From contig NW_027590117.1 of NCBI RefSeq assembly GCF_964213995.1, positions 2,480,001 through 2,544,000 on the forward strand: a DNA stretch of 64,000 bases, read 5' to 3'. Position 1 is the stretch's first letter. The number at the start of each line of letters is the position of its first letter. This document shows, piece after piece, positions 60,811 to 64,000 of the stretch. The notes under the pieces are model-generated. The model was given only the letters and a program-made list of their open reading frames with translations, made no database searches and was not told the origin of the DNA. The stretch comes from Mustelus asterias. Lineage: Eukaryota. The position numbers and the translations under genes are program-made.

Positions 60811-63800
60811 AGAACATAAGAACATAAGAAATAGGAGCAGGAGTAGGCCATCTAGCCCCTCGAGCCTGCCCCGCCATTCAATAAGATCATGGCTGATCTG
60901 ACGTGGATCAGTACCACTTACCCGCCTGATCCCCATAACCCTTAATTCCCTTACCGCTCAGGAATCCATCCATCCGCGCTTTAAACATATTCAGCGAGGT
61001 AGCCTCCACCACCTCAGTGGGCAGAGAATTCCAGAGATTCACCACCCTCTGGGAGAAGAAGTTCCTCCTCAACTCTGTCTTAAACCGACCCCCCTTTATT
61101 TTGAGGCTGTGTCCTCTAGTTTTAACTTCCTTACTAAGTGGAAAGAATCTCTCCGCCTCCACCCTATCCAGCCCCCGCATTATCTTATAAGTCTCCATAA
61201 GATCCCCCCTCATCCTTCTAAACTCCAACGAGTACAAACCCAATCTCCTCAGCCTCTCCTCATAATCCAAACCCCTCATCTCCGGTATCAACCTGGTGAA
61301 CCTTCTCTGCACTCCCTCCAATGCCAATATATCCTTCCTCATATAAGGGGACCAATACTGCACACAGTATTCCAGCTGCGGCCTCACCAATGCCCTGTAC
61401 AGGTGCATCAAGACATCCCTGCTTTTATATTCTATCCCCCTCGCAATATAGGCCAACATCCCATTTGCCTTCTTGATCACCTGTTGTACCTGCAGACTGG
61501 GCTTTTGCGTCTCATGCACAAGGACCCCCAGGTCCCTTTGCACGGTAGCATGTTTTAATTTGTTTCCATTGAGATAGTAATCCCATTTGTTATTATTTCC
61601 TCCAAAGTGTATAACCTCGCATTTCTCAACGTTATACTCCATTTGCCATATCCTCGCCCACTCACTCAGCCTGTCCAAATCTCTCTGCAGATCTTCTCCG
61701 TCCTCCACACGATTCACTTTTCCACTTAACTTTGTGTCGTCTGCAAACTTCGTTACCCTACACTCCGTCCCCTCCTCCAGATCATCTATATAAATGGTAA
61801 ACAGTTGCGGCCCGAGTACCGATCCCTGCGGCACGCCACTAGTTACCTTCCTCCAACCAGAAAAACACCCATTTATTCCGACTCTTTGCTTCCTGTCGGA
61901 TAGCCAGTCCCCAATCCACTTTAACACACTACCCCCAACTCCGTGTGCCCTAATCTTCTTCAGCAGCCTTTTATGGGGCACCTTATCAAACGCCTTTTGG
62001 AAATCCAAAAACACCACATCCATCGGTTCTCCTCCATCAACCGCCCTCATCACATCTTCATAAAAATCCAACATGTTCGTCAAGCACGACTTTCCCCTCA
62101 TGAATCCATGCTGCGTCTGATTGATCGAACCATTTCTATCCAGATGCCCTGCTATCTCCTCTTTAATAATGGATTCCAGCATTTTCCCTACTACAGACGT
62201 TAAGCTGACCGGCCTATAGTTACCCGCCTTTTGTCTCCTTCCTTTTTTAAACAGCGGCGTAACATTAGCCGTTTTCCAATCAACCGGCACTACCCCAGAA
62301 TGCAACGAGTTTTGATAAATAATCACTAACGCATCCACTATTACCTCTGACATTTCTTTCAATACCCTGGGATGCATTCCATCCGGACCTGGGGACTTGT
62401 CCACCTTCAGTCCCATTAGTCTACCCAGCACTGCCTCTCTGGTAACATTAATTGTATTAAGTATTTCTCCTGCTGCCAACCCTCTATCGTTAATATTTGG
62501 CAAACTATTTGTGTCCTCCACCGTGAAGACCGACACAAAAAACTTATTTAAAGACTCAGCCATATCCTCATTTCCCACTATTATCTCCCCCCTCTCGTCC
62601 TCCAAGGGTCCAACATTCACTCTAGCCACTCTATTCCTTTTTATATATTTATAAAAACTTTTACTATCATTTTTTATATTAATTGCTAGCCTAGCTTCAT
62701 AGTCTATCCTTCCTTTCTTTATCGCTTTCTTAGTCTCTCTTTGTTGTTTCTTAAATTTTTCCCAATCACTTGTTTCTCCACTATTTTTGGCCACTCTGTA
62801 CGCAGCTGTTTTTATTTTAATACTCTCCTTTATTTCCTTCGTTATCCACGGCTGGTTCTCCCTTTTCTTACAATCCTTGTTTTTTGCTGGAATATATTTT
62901 TGCTGAGAACTGAAAAGGATCTCCTTAAAAATCCTCCACTGTTCCTCAGCTATCCTACCTGCTCTCCCAGTCTACCTTAGCCAATTCATCCCTCATCCTA
63001 TCATAATACCCTCTATTCAAACAGAGGACACTGGTTTGAGACCAAACTTTCTCCTCTTCCATCTGAATCAGAAATTCGACCATATTGTGGTCACTAGACC
63101 CAAGAGGGTCCTTCACAATAAGATCCTTAATTCTACCTACCTCATTACACAATACCAGATCCAAAATAGCTCGTCCCCTCGTCGGTTCCGTAACATGCTG
63201 TTCATGGAAACTATCCCGACAGCATTCTAAGAACTCTTCCTCCATTCCACCCTTACCGACTTGAGTCTGCCAGTCAATGTGCATGTTGAAGTCCCCCATG
63301 ATTATTGCCGTTCCGTTTTTACACGCATCCCTTATCTGCTTGTTTATAGCCCTCCCTACCTCAACATTATTATTTGGGGGCCTATATACCACACCTACTA
63401 GTGTCTTTCTCCCTCTACTATTCCTCATCTCTACCCATAATGATTCCACGTTTTGTTCCTCAGAGCCTATGTCATCCCTCAGTACTACCCTGATATTATC
63501 TCTTATTAATAGCGCAACCCCACCACCTTTTCCTTCCTGTCTATTCTTCCTAAACGCCTGATACCCCTGGATATTCATCTCCCAGTCCGGGTCACCTTTC
63601 AGCCACGTTTCTGTAATGGCCACTAGATCGTACCCACTTGTGCTGATTTGCACCATCAACTCATTCACCTTGTTCCGAATGCTTCGTGCATTCAGGCAAA
63701 GTGTCCTTATTCCAGCTTTTATCTGAACCCGCTTTGATGAGTCGCGAACACCCTCTCCCTCTACTCCCTTATCTAAATTACCACCTTCATTCACTTGCAC

Positions 63801-64000
63801 CCTCTCCTCTACCATTAATTTTGTAATTCCCCTTACCCCTGCATCCTCCCCCCCATCAATTAGTTCCTTGATCCTAGTCAACTCTTCTAGCTCCCCTCCC
63901 CCCAACCTATCTAGTTTAAATTCTCCCCAGTAGCCTTAGCCAACCTACCGGCCAGGATATTGGTCCCCGTGTGATTCAAGTTCCACCCGTTTTTTGTATA
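60811..64000 (-). mobile_element. Young, long CR1 LINE: ORF2 endonuclease (62955-63905) and RT (60908-62794) split by one frameshift; continues beyond the window
   Basis: LNARSIRNK, ETWL, YRPP, GDFN, LDLV, SDH endonuclease motifs; full RT motif set; (AGAACATA)n tail. Confidence 0.95.

Overview
Eukaryotic (vertebrate) non-coding-rich DNA, very probably from a shark or other elasmobranch: it carries HE1-type V-SINEs, many CR1-clade LINEs, Rex1/Babar-type LINEs and Penelope-like elements. The functional core is a replication-dependent histone locus containing only H2B (3 intact, 1 decayed, 1 orphan 3' end) and H2A (2 intact), each intact gene with a 3' stem-loop and a downstream purine-rich element (HDE). 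These genes are interspersed with tRNA genes and pseudogenes (iMet, Leu-TAA, Gly-TCC, a Ser-type tRNA with a TCA anticodon, Leu-AAG). The locus is built from segmental duplications: a large inverted pair (~765-12035 vs ~25313-33463), a direct pair (~15160-17545 vs ~54490-57925) and a partial H2B duplicate. Most interesting observations: (1) a ~330-bp, TSD-flanked, highly structured retroposed element headed by U2 snRNA nt 9-39 with a second internal U2 stem-loop; (2) a tRNA-Leu + LINE-tail unit with an apparent empty site elsewhere in the window; (3) reciprocal gene decay across the inverted duplication; (4) an H2B G75R allele; (5) hammerhead-like cores in Penelope terminal repeats. All alignments were done by eye, and family names rest on recalled motifs, not database searches.
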